Of a stretch of 64,000 bases of DNA, positions 46,635 through 55,957 are shown piece by piece. This stretch comes from Planctomycetota bacterium. Lineage in GTDB: Bacteria; Planctomycetota; UBA1135; UBA2386. A program made the translations under genes and the position numbers. The notes below the pieces were generated by a model, which was given only the letters and a program-made list of their open reading frames with translations, ran no database searches and was not told the DNA's origin. The first letter of the stretch is position 1. Every line of letters starts with the position of its first letter. The stretch spans positions 448,001 through 512,000 of the forward strand of contig OZ245838.1 in assembly GCA_965228735.1 (NCBI GenBank), read 5' to 3'.

Positions 46635-49536
46635 GTGGCGGATTAGAAGCGGAAGACCATTCCGAGGCCATAGCCGTGGTCCGAGTGGTACGATGTCGAC
46701 AGTCCGAGGCGCTGGCTGAGGGCCCAGCCGGAGCCGATCGACCACTCACCGTACGTATTGGTATCGTATTCGAAGGAGCCGAACAGAGACCAGCGGCTGG
46801 TGAGCTGAAGCTCCTTCTCGAGTGCGAGCCGGAAGTCGCCCCGGGAGTCGACGCTCAGATTCGACATCACGAAGTAGGGCAGTCGGTATCTCACGCCGGC
46901 AAAGGCGCGGCTGGTGGTGCCGGCCGTGTCGGCGTAGCGAAATCCCAGTTCGGTGGCGAGGTCTGGGTCGATGTAGCGAGACCAGCCCAGGTCGACTTCG
47001 ACGTCGCGCTCGCCGTGCTCGTGGCCGCCGAACGCGGTCGACAAGCCGATGTCCCAGCGGGCGAAGTAGTCGTTGCGCCCCTTCATCACCATCAGGCGAC
47101 CGGAGGTCATGTGGTTCTGCACGGTGGCATCGAGCAGCAAGTACGCTGGATCGAGCAGTTTGGGATCGATCTTCGGTTCGTGCTCGGGGTCCTGCGAGTA
47201 GCTGAAGACGCGCGCCATTCCGGCGTCCATGTGGTACAGCAGGTGGCAGTGGAAGAACCAGTCGCCGCCTTCTTCGTCGGCGATCCACTCGATTACGCGT
47301 TTGCCCATCGGCGGCACGTCGACGGTGTGCTTGAGGGGCGCCCTGGCGCCTTGGCCGTTGAGCAGGCGGAAGAAGTGCCCGTGCAGGTGTAGCGGGTGGT
47401 GCATCATGGTGTCGTTGATGAGCTCGATCCGTAGCACTTCCCCTCTTTTGACGCGGATGGTGGTCTCCTCACTCAGCGTCTTGTCGTCGAACGACCAGAG
47501 GTAACGCTGCATGTCGCCAGTGAGGCGCATCGTCAGCAGGCGCACCTCGGCTTCGTCCGCCGTGATGGTCGTATCCCGGGTTGCGCGCAGAAGGCCGTAT
47601 GGCGCGAATGGTTGGTCCGATGTCGCGGCTTCTTGAGCGCGCTTCGGCATCAAGGTGGCGAGCCCGGCCTGCAGCATCTCGTCCATCGAGTAGAGTTCCG
47701 CCCTCGGCGGATCCGTGGCGGCTCGCAATGGACCGTCGCCGAGCAGGATCGACGCGTGGCCGCTGCCGTCCTGGGCGGTCGCACGAACTTCGACCGTTGC
47801 GGCTTCGGCCGGCATCGTGACGATGACGTCGTAGGTCTCCGCCATCCCGACCAGGAGTCGTCGCACGTCGGCTGGCTCGACCCGCTGCCCGTCGGCGCCG
47901 ACGATCGTGAGGTCTCCCCCGGCCGCGGCCAGGAAGAAGTACGTCGACGCACCCGCATTGATAAATCGCATCAATACGCGTTCCCCGGGCGCGGCGTCGA
48001 GTGGCAGCCGGCGCTGGCCGTTGGCGAGGAAGGCGTCGTAGCCGACGTCGGACAGATCCATCGCCGGCATGCGGTCGCCTTCGCGCCGGATGTAGTCGCC
48101 GAGCGCGCCTCGTTGGTAGGCGCCCCACAGTGACTGTTGCACGCCCTTCTTGATCGAGTACCACTCGCTACCGCGCATCAGCCAGCGCATCACGGTGGCA
48201 GGATCCTCGTCCGTCCAGTCGCCGAGCACGACGACGTGTTCGCGATCGAACTCGATGTCCGGCGTGCGCGGCTCGATGACGATTGCACCCTGGACGCCGC
48301 GCTGCTCCTGCAGCCCGGTGTGCGAGTGGTACCAATAGGTTCCCGATTGCCGGAGCGTGAACTCGAACGGGTGCTCGCCGCCCGGCGGGATCGGCGGTGT
48401 GGTCAAGTATGGGACACCGTCCATTTCGTTGGGCAAGAGTAGACCGTGCCAGTGGATGGAGGTTTCCTCGGTTGCGAGCCGGTTCTTGACAGTGATGCGG
48501 GCGGTGTCGCCTTCGCGAAAGCGCAGGACTGGACCTGGCGAAGTGCCGTTCACGACGAGAACGGGGACGACGTTGCCCGCCGGTGCGCCTTCGACCTCGC
48601 TTATCACCAACTCGTATTCGACTGTCTTGCTGCCCGTCGATTGAGCATCGGTCGTCGGGGGAGTGTGCGATGAACGGTGTATTCGCGTGACGGCTGGTGG
48701 GATCCTCTGACCCATAGGGAGCCCACCGATGACCCCGAAGAAGAATGACCGCCACCGAATCCCGGACGAGCTGATCGACCAGCTCCTCGCCAACTACGAG
48801 AAGCCAGAAGACCTGACAGGAAAGGACGGCATCCTCAAGGAGCTGACGGCCCGGCTGCTCGGCCGCGCCCTCGAAGGCGAGATGACCGAGCACCTCGGCT
48901 ACGAGAAGCACGCGCCGCGTGCCGAGGGCACGACCAACGCGCGCAACGGATCACGCAGCAAGACGATCAAGGTCGAGGACGGCGAGCTCGAGATCGAGGT
49001 GCCGCGCGATCGCGACAGCACGTTCGAGCCCGAGATCGTCAAGAAGCGCCAGAGACGCTTCGCGGGCTTCGACGAGAAGATCCTGGCGCTCTACGCCCGC
49101 GGCATGACCGTCCGGGACATCCAGGGCCACCTGGAGGAGCTGTACGGCGTCGAGGTTTCGCCGTCGCTGATCTCGAGCGCCACGTCGGCGGTCCACGAAG
49201 ACGTCCTGGCCTGGCAGAGCCGGCCGCTCGAGCCAGTTTACCCGATCGTCTTCCTCGACGCGCTCGTCGTGAAGGTGCGCGATGAAAGCGTCGTCCGCAA
49301 CAAGTCGGTCGACCTGGCGATCGGCGTCACGCTCGACGGCCGTCGCGAAGTCCTCGGGATCTGGATCGAGCAGACGGAGGGCGCCAAGTTCTGGCTGAAG
49401 GTCATGAACGAGCTGAAGACGCGCGGCGTCCAGGACATCCTGATTGCGTGCTGCGATGGCCTGAAGGGCTTCCCAGACGCGATCGAGCACGTGTTCCCGC
49501 AGGCCACCGTGCAGACCTGCATCGTGCACATGATCC

Positions 49537-50961
49537 GGCAAAGCAACATTCGTTCTGTAAGAGCGAGCCCATAGTCGGCGAATCATTTCACTCAGCGTCC
49601 ATGGAGAGATAGCGACGGCCAGTCACCCAGTCCTCGCTGATCTCCATGAGGACCGCGGTGGCGAGCCGGAGAAGAGAGGCGTCGTTGGGGAAGAGCGTCG
49701 CAACGCGGGTGCGGCGCAGGAGCTCCTTGTTGAGGCGCTCGAGCATGTTGGTCGTGCGAAGGCAGCGACGGTGCGTCGCCGGGATCGCGAAGACAGCGAA
49801 GCCGTCGGGGACGTTGTCGCGAGCCCACCGGACAAAGTCGGGAGCGGTTTCCGCGTGATCCTCCAGAAGCCTATCAAGAAGCCGTTCGGCCTCAGGTCGG
49901 TCTGGAGCGTTGAAGACCGCACGAAGTCCACGAGCGATCGACGGGCGCAACGAGACGGTCGGCACTCGTGGAGCGGCGTTGCGTTGCAGGTGGAACTGGC
50001 AGCGTTGCCAAGCGACTCCGGGAAAGCTCGCCGCCAAAGCTTGGCGGAGGCCAGAGTGGTCGTCACTGACGATGAGTCCGAGCCCGTGCAGGCCACGTTC
50101 ACGCAGGCTGTCGAGGAAGTCGCGCCAGTGGACCTCGGCTTCCGAGCGCGACACGCTGACGCCGAGGACCGAGCGATGGCCTGCATCATCGACGCCCGTC
50201 GCGATCAGGACGGCGGCGCTCATGACGGAGCCGGCGTGCCGGACCTTTTCGTAGCGGGCATCGAGGACCAGGTAGCGGCACCGGCCGAGCTCGCGCATCC
50301 GCCACTGCTGCAGCTCGTCGTCGAGTGCCGCGGCGGCCCGGGAGACCTGCTGGGACGACACCTGTACTCCGCAGAGCTCCTCGGTGATCGCGGCGACCTT
50401 GCGGGTCGAGACGCCCTGGACGTACATCTCGGCGACCGCGAGCTTCAGGGCGCGCTCCGAGCGAATCCCGCGTTCGAGTGCCGTCGGATAGAAGCGTTCG
50501 CCGTCGACGGCCTCGCGGACCTGCGGGACGGCGAACTCGATCGCGCCGACGCGAGTCGCCACGGTCTTCGGCTTGAAGCCGTTGGCGTAGCCCCGTCGTG
50601 ACTCGGTACGCTCGTTTGGACCGGCGCCCAGGAACGCGGATCGCTCGATCTTCATGGCCTCGTTCACGAGGACGCGGATCGCGTCCGCGATCCCTCCCAG
50701 ACCCTGCGTTGCGATGGATTCCAAGACGGTGTCGAGCGTGCTACTTTCGGATTGGTGGGTCACTTCGTTCTGCTTTCGTTGTGGTTAACAAAAGCTGAGC
50801 GTCGTGACTCGCCGACTTGAAGCATCCGTCCGCGCCGGCGGTGGTCGTCGCGGTCGGCCTGGCCACTGCACCCAGGGTGCAGCGCCCAGACCGACCGCGA
50901 CGACCACCGCCGACTGCGTCAAGCTGCCTCGGGCGGTTTACAGAACGCATGCTGCACTACC
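49537..50961 (-). mobile_element. Nested, distinct IS256-family element
   Basis: Imperfect IRs GGCAAAGCAACATTCGTTCTGTAA and GGTAGTGCAGCATGCGTTCTGTAA. 8-bp target duplication CATGATCC at 49529-49536 and 50962-50969. Confidence 0.92.
49588..50763 (-). CDS. IS256 family transposase (second type)
   Basis: EMYVQGVSTRKV, LVLDARYEKVR, VSDDHSGL, WQRCQFH and RTTNMLERLN. Confidence 0.95.
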   Translation of the reverse strand: MTHQSESSTLDTVLESIATQGLGGIADAIRVLVNEAMKIERSAFLGAGPNERTESRRGYANGFKPKTVATRVGAIEFAVPQVREAVDGERFYPTALERGIRSERALKLAVAEMYVQGVSTRKVAAITEELCGVQVSSQQVSRAAAALDDELQQWRMRELGRCRYLVLDARYEKVRHAGSVMSAAVLIATGVDDAGHRSVLGVSVSRSEAEVHWRDFLDSLRERGLHGLGLIVSDDHSGLRQALAASFPGVAWQRCQFHLQRNAAPRVPTVSLRPSIARGLRAVFNAPDRPEAERLLDRLLEDHAETAPDFVRWARDNVPDGFAVFAIPATHRRCLRTTNMLERLNKELLRRTRVATLFPNDASLLRLATAVLMEISEDWVTGRRYLSMDAE

Positions 50962-51810
50962 CATGATCCGGAACTCGCTGCGCTTCGTCAGCTACAAGGA
51001 TCGCAAGGCCGTCGCCAAGGACCTCAAACCGATCTACACGGCCGCCAACCGTGAGGCCGCCGAGGCAGCGCTCGACGCCTTCGACAAGAAGTGGGGCCGC
51101 CGCTACGAGATGATCACCTCGTCCTGGCGAGCGAACTGGGAGCGCGTCGTGCCGTTCCTCGACTTCCCGCCCGAGGTCCGGCGCGTGATCTACACGACCA
51201 ACCAGATCGAGGCGCTCAACTCGAGCCTGCGCAAGCTGCTGCAGTACCGCGGCCACTTCCCGGACGACAAGTCCGTCACCAAGCTGCTCTACCTCGCGCT
51301 GCGTCGCTTCGAGAAGAAGTGGACGCGTGCGCTCTGGAATTGGAGCGCCGTCCTCGGGCAGCTCGCTATCTTCTTTCAAGGCAGGATTCCTGCCCTGTAA
51401 CCGTGACCTCACTCCGCCAGCTGGTCGCCGATTACACCGTTAGCTGCACACTCCCGTCGTCGGGGCCAACAAGAGAAGCGACAGGATCGCCAGCAGACTT
51501 CGAAGTGCAACGTTGCCCATGTGGTTGTGTGTGCGCCGTCATGGATCGTGGCGGCGCGCGGAGATTCTGCGCCGCGATCGCACCCGCGTCCAGACAACAC
51601 GCCCCGGGACGGTCGCTCGCCTTCCTTCGGTGGCCGGGTCGCATCGGCCGTGACCTACATCCGGCGCCATGACATCGTCGCCATCGAGAGCCGATCCGGA
51701 ACGCCTCCTCGTTCCGAAGGATCGGACTCGCCACGCAGGATGTCTCGGACCCGGCTATGATCGTTGTCGGGAGGGCCCTGCCATCCCCCCGCTCCTGATC
51801 GAGGCCCGAC

Positions 51811-52227
51811 ATGAAAACCGCAGCTCTCGTCTCCGTCCTCTTCGCCGCAACCGCGCCGGCGCAACACTGGTCGCTGCACCATCACGGCCACTCGTGCGGC
51901 GCCGCAGTCTCGGCGCAGCTCGTGCAGCATGCGCATCAGGTCAGCGTGCAGTTCAACTTGCACACGACTCCGAACTCCCTGGCTGTGCTCGCGATCGGCC
52001 ACGCCGCGCCGGCGCCGATTCCGCTGCCGGGCGGGTCGTGCCACTTCGGCGTCTCGCCCGCCGGCACGATGCTCGGCATCACGGATTCGCACGGCAACAT
52101 CCACTTCGGCTTCCATGCCCCGCACGTCGCGCCGGTGAGCGTGCTGTTCCAGGGCGGTGTCGTTCGGCTCGGACCACACGGCCTGACTGCGGGATCGAGC
52201 AACGTCATCGAACTCGTCGGCACGTGA
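51811..52227 (+). CDS. Secreted histidine-rich small protein
   Basis: Signal peptide, about 15 His in 138 aa including HHHGH, and the pattern of the recurrent C-terminal domain. Confidence 0.75.
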   Translation: MKTAALVSVLFAATAPAQHWSLHHHGHSCGAAVSAQLVQHAHQVSVQFNLHTTPNSLAVLAIGHAAPAPIPLPGGSCHFGVSPAGTMLGITDSHGNIHFGFHAPHVAPVSVLFQGGVVRLGPHGLTAGSSNVIELVGT

Positions 52228-53111
52228 TCCCCGGCGCCGGGCGGCGCTGGCCGCTTCTGTTACTTGTCGTTGCCTTGATCGTGTCCGCCGGCTCGGCACA
52301 GATCTTCACGGCTGACGCCGGGGTTCGGTCGCCGGAGCTGCCGTCGGTGAGGGAACTCGTCGTCATGCGCGGCTATCGGGATGCCACGGAACTGCGTGCC
52401 GTCTCCGAACTGACCTGGAGCCCGAGCACGCGGTTCGAGACCAAGCTCGAAGTACCCTTCGTCGGGCGTGACCTCGAGATCCCGGCCGCGTCCGGCGCCG
52501 GCTTCGACGGCAGCTACTTCGCCCTCGGGGACACCGTCCTGCGCGGCAAGCTGGCGTTGCTTCGCGATGACGACGTGATGCGTTCCAACCGGGTCGCACT
52601 GCTGGCGGCGGTCTACGCGCCGACCGGCGAACACGATCGAACCCTGGGCGGAGTGCGGCTCCCGCGCCGGGTGCAGGCGGGACTTGGCGGGGTTGCGGGG
52701 AGCCTGGGCGTGGCCGGCACGATCGTCCGCGATCGGCACCGCGCTTCGCTGTCGGCCGAGTGGTTGCACGGCGCCGCCCACGACGGGTTCGAACCCGGGG
52801 ATGAACTCGCGGTCGACGCGGCGTGGTGGTATCGACTGTCACCCGGCGTGTTCGACCCGGCCTTGCCAGCTACCGAGTATCGCCTCGTCACCGAACTGCG
52901 CAGCGTGCACCGATTCGCGGACCACGAGGGCGGAGTGCGGGCCCCTGACGATGGGCTGCGCAGTGAGATGGTTCTCGGGCTGCAGGCCAACACGTCGAAT
53001 CAGCGTTTGCGTTTCGAGATCGGTGCCGTCGTTCCTGTCTTCGAAGACACCCCGGGCCCCCTCGGCCGGTTCCGTGCTGGTGGGGTTGTGGCGCTCACAC
53101 TCTACTTCTGA
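52224..53111 (+). CDS. Probable outer-membrane beta-barrel transporter-like protein
   Basis: GTGA overlap with the upstream gene, signal peptide, LGD..LRGK, APTG, amphipathic strands and terminal LYF. Confidence 0.7.
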   Translation: MIPGAGRRWPLLLLVVALIVSAGSAQIFTADAGVRSPELPSVRELVVMRGYRDATELRAVSELTWSPSTRFETKLEVPFVGRDLEIPAASGAGFDGSYFALGDTVLRGKLALLRDDDVMRSNRVALLAAVYAPTGEHDRTLGGVRLPRRVQAGLGGVAGSLGVAGTIVRDRHRASLSAEWLHGAAHDGFEPGDELAVDAAWWYRLSPGVFDPALPATEYRLVTELRSVHRFADHEGGVRAPDDGLRSEMVLGLQANTSNQRLRFEIGAVVPVFEDTPGPLGRFRAGGVVALTLYF

Positions 53112-53119
53112 CCACGACC

Positions 53120-53602
53120 ATGAATCTCACTCGGACTCCCCTGTTAGTGCTCACTCTCGTTGGCTGCGCGGCGCCGCCACCGCGACCGGGCACACCGCTT
53201 TCGAGCGACTCCGGTCTTCGCGAGGTCCGCATCGAGGCCCTCGGGCTCGAGTGACTGCCTTGAGTGAAAGCCGTCGAGGACGGCCTCCGGCGCCTGGACG
53301 GCGTCGAACGCATCAAGACCGACCTGCAGCGCAACCTCGTGACGATGACACCGGCGCGTCGTGTCGCGCCGGACCTGGCGTCGATCCCGCGCGTGATCGC
53401 GGAGGCCGGGTTTCGGCCTGGGCGCATGTGGATCACGGCGCACGGCGCGACCGAGGAGTTGGCCGCGGGCCAGCCGGGATTCCGCATCGATGGCTGGCCG
53501 GCAGGGCTGCCGCTCTCTGGTTCGACCGCCCGGGGGCGTCGCAAGATCGAGGGGCAGGTTGTCTACAGCGACGACGAGATACGGCTGCGGTTGCCTGAGT
53601 AG
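53120..53602 (+). CDS. Predicted double-selenocysteine HMA-domain lipoprotein (UxxU)
   Basis: LVGC lipobox. Reads EVRIEALGLE-U-LP-U-VKAVEDGLRRLDGVERIKTDLQRN with TGA at 53252 and 53261 in frame from ATG 53120. Confidence 0.8.
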
Positions 53603-54007
53603 GTGCGAAGCAGCGGCTTGTCGATTGCTGCGCTCCACCGACCATCTCGATCCACTTGATGCCCCGCGCCGACGCCGTCGCACCGCCCGTGGAGATGCCC
53701 AGGTCGGGCCGACTGCGGCGAGGCCTGACCTGGAATACTCTTTGCTACTCGTTCTTCCATCGTAACCAAGCTTCGGACAACCCAGCGTCGGCACCGCGGC
53801 GAGGGCGATGGTCCGAACATTGGGTGGTCAGATTCTGGCGCCGGGACTCGACAGGTCCTGACGGCAGTTGAATCTGACTGCGTCGTTTCCGGGTATCAGA
53901 TGACAGAGCAGCGTGCACACGACCATGAAACACGGTTCGAATCGTTGAGTGTCGCGTATCACGATCCTCGGGCGTCCGCGGACACCCGCAGCTTGAAAGT
54001 CCCCTAG

Positions 54008-54406
54008 ATGTTGCCATCCCGCGTGTTCCTGATCTCGTTGTGTTGGGCGGCGGTCCTCTGGATCGGCGTCGCGGCGCAGCGCGGCGATGCGCAGCGCCTG
54101 GATAGCGCATGCGGCTCGATGAATGCCACGCCGTCTTCTTCGTGCTGCGGAGAGGAACGTGGCTGCTGCGAGATGGAGGGTGATTCGCAGCGGCTGTGTG
54201 GATGTGGCGAGTCGGACCCGGCGCCGCATCCGGCGATTCCGACTCCGAGTGGTCCGCAGGTCGCGCAGATTGCGCCAGATTGGACTTGGCCGCCGGTCGT
54301 CGTGCCGCCACGAGCAAGCGGTTCCGCGCCACTGGGAAGCGATCTGCCCATGGGGCTTCTGCCACGCGTCTCGCGGCAGAAGGCGCTCTCGGTCTGGCAC
54401 TGCTAG
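54008..54406 (+). CDS. Small Cys-rich protein upstream of the RND efflux operon
   Basis: Hydrophobic N-terminus, ACG...SCC...GCC...CGC, and a Pro-rich tail ending in C. Confidence 0.6.
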   Translation: MLPSRVFLISLCWAAVLWIGVAAQRGDAQRLDSACGSMNATPSSSCCGEERGCCEMEGDSQRLCGCGESDPAPHPAIPTPSGPQVAQIAPDWTWPPVVVPPRASGSAPLGSDLPMGLLPRVSRQKALSVWHC

Positions 54407-54511
54407 CAAGCCGAGTAGGGGCGGTCTGTACGGACCGAACCTACCGAGTTCGTGAGTGCGGCCTTCCAGGTCGCCTCGTCGCCCTTGGCCATTCCCGCCC
54501 GAGATCGATTC

Positions 54512-55957
54512 ATGGGATTCGACCGCAACACCTACACCGTGAGCTGCCGGTTCGGCGCGCTCCTGGCACTGGCAGCCTTGACTGCCTGCTCTTCCTTCTA
54601 CTCCCTGTCGGACGAGGTGCAGCAGCGCATCGCCGAGGAGAGCGGCACGCTCGAGCTGAAGATCAGCGATCACGACGGCGTCCAGGATGCCGCTGCGAAG
54701 GCCATCCGCCGCGAGCTCCCGCTTCCCGAGGCCATCGAGATCAAACCGGACGCCAAGCTGCACGACTATGTGGCGCTGGCGCTTTCGCGCAACCCGCGGC
54801 TGCAGGCGCGGATTCGCGAAGTCGAGGCTCTGGGAATGCGCGTGCCGCAGGTGTCGTCCTTGAGCGACCCGACACTGTCACTGGTGCCGCCGACGGGCGA
54901 CATGGTGCAGACTGCCGGCGGCGAGATGGCGGGAGCGGTTGGCCTGAGCCAGGGCATCCCGTGGCCGGGCAAGCTCGAGGCCAAGGGGCGTGTGGCCGAG
55001 CAAGTGGTGCGGGTCGCGCTGTCCAATCTCGACACCGAACGCCTTCGAGTCGTGGCCGACGTCAAACGGGCGTACTTCGATCTCTACCGCGCGCAGGTAT
55101 CGATCGACGTGACCCGCGAGTTGGAAGCGCTACTGCAGCGCGTCCGCGATAGTGCGCAGGCGCGCGTTGCCGCGGGCACCACCAGCCAGCAGGACCTGTT
55201 GCGCACCGAGGTCGAGCTCTACGCGTTGACGAACTCGCGCATCGACTATGAGCAGGAGTTCCGTACCGCGATCGCTCGGCTCAACATCCTCATGGATCGA
55301 GCCGTCGACGCGGATCTGCCCCGGCCCGCACCGGTGGCTGCCGAGCCACTGCAGTGGCGGTTGCTCGGTCTGTTGCAGCGCGCCGACGAGACCAGCCCCC
55401 AGCTCGCGGCGTTGCGCCAGGTCGTCGAGCGCGACCTCGTTCGCGTGGAGCTCGCGAACCTGCAGTTCTACCCTGACCTCAGTATCGGCGGGTTGTTCAC
55501 GTTCATCATGAACGGCGGCCGCAGCCCGGTTGCGGACGGCAGCGACGTCTGGAGCCTCGGCCTCGGCGTCACGTTGCCGATCTGGTTCGACAAACTGGAG
55601 AGCGGCGTGCTGCAGCGCAACGCCGAGACGCTCGCCAGCGTGCTGCGCTACCGCGAGCGCCGCAACGATGTGTTGTTCGTGCTGCAGGAGCTGCTCGTGC
55701 GGGTGGACGCCGATTACCGCAAGGCAGTGTTGCTGCGTGACGGCATCCTGCCCCGGGCCGACCAGGCCGTGCGGGTCGCACAGAGTGGCTACGACGCCGG
55801 CACCGTCGACTTCGCGACACTGCTCGCGGGTTGGCGCCGGCTGTTCGAGCTCAGCCTCGACTACCACCGGGCGCTCGCGTCGCTCGAGCAGAACATCAGT
55901 GAAGTGGAATACGTCGCCGGTGGCGACATGCAGCGGCAGCAGCCGCCGGAGAAATGA
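54512..55957 (+). CDS. TolC/CusC-like outer membrane efflux lipoprotein
   Basis: LTAC lipobox, ALSRNPRL, SQGIPWPGK, YPDL and YDAGTVDF. Confidence 0.92.
   Translation: MGFDRNTYTVSCRFGALLALAALTACSSFYSLSDEVQQRIAEESGTLELKISDHDGVQDAAAKAIRRELPLPEAIEIKPDAKLHDYVALALSRNPRLQARIREVEALGMRVPQVSSLSDPTLSLVPPTGDMVQTAGGEMAGAVGLSQGIPWPGKLEAKGRVAEQVVRVALSNLDTERLRVVADVKRAYFDLYRAQVSIDVTRELEALLQRVRDSAQARVAAGTTSQQDLLRTEVELYALTNSRIDYEQEFRTAIARLNILMDRAVDADLPRPAPVAAEPLQWRLLGLLQRADETSPQLAALRQVVERDLVRVELANLQFYPDLSIGGLFTFIMNGGRSPVADGSDVWSLGLGVTLPIWFDKLESGVLQRNAETLASVLRYRERRNDVLFVLQELLVRVDADYRKAVLLRDGILPRADQAVRVAQSGYDAGTVDFATLLAGWRRLFELSLDYHRALASLEQNISEVEYVAGGDMQRQQPPEK

Larger units (their letters stand above)
48659..51455 (+). 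mobile_element. IS256 copy 2, transposase split by a nested IS
   Basis: Same ends as copy 1. 8-bp target duplication GTCGTCGG at 48651-48658 and 51456-51463. Transposase halves at 48729-49536 and 50962-51400. Confidence 0.95.
46643..51520 (-). pseudogene. Multicopper oxidase fused to a C-terminal beta-barrel (CopA-CopB-like), interrupted by IS256
   Basis: HWHG, YWYHSH, HHPLHLHGH and HCHLLYHM copper motifs; barrel ending VFRF. The signal peptide MGNVALRSLLAILSLLLLAP lies on the far side of the IS (51456-51520). Confidence 0.9.

Noticed and set aside
48659..48793. N-terminus of ORF 46643-48793 as the true oxidase start
   Set aside because: It is antisense IS256 sequence. The real signal peptide starts at 51520.
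51688..51729. Strong hairpin in the divergent intergenic region as a metal riboswitch
   Set aside because: A single GC-rich stem with no recognisable riboswitch consensus. It needs an Rfam search.
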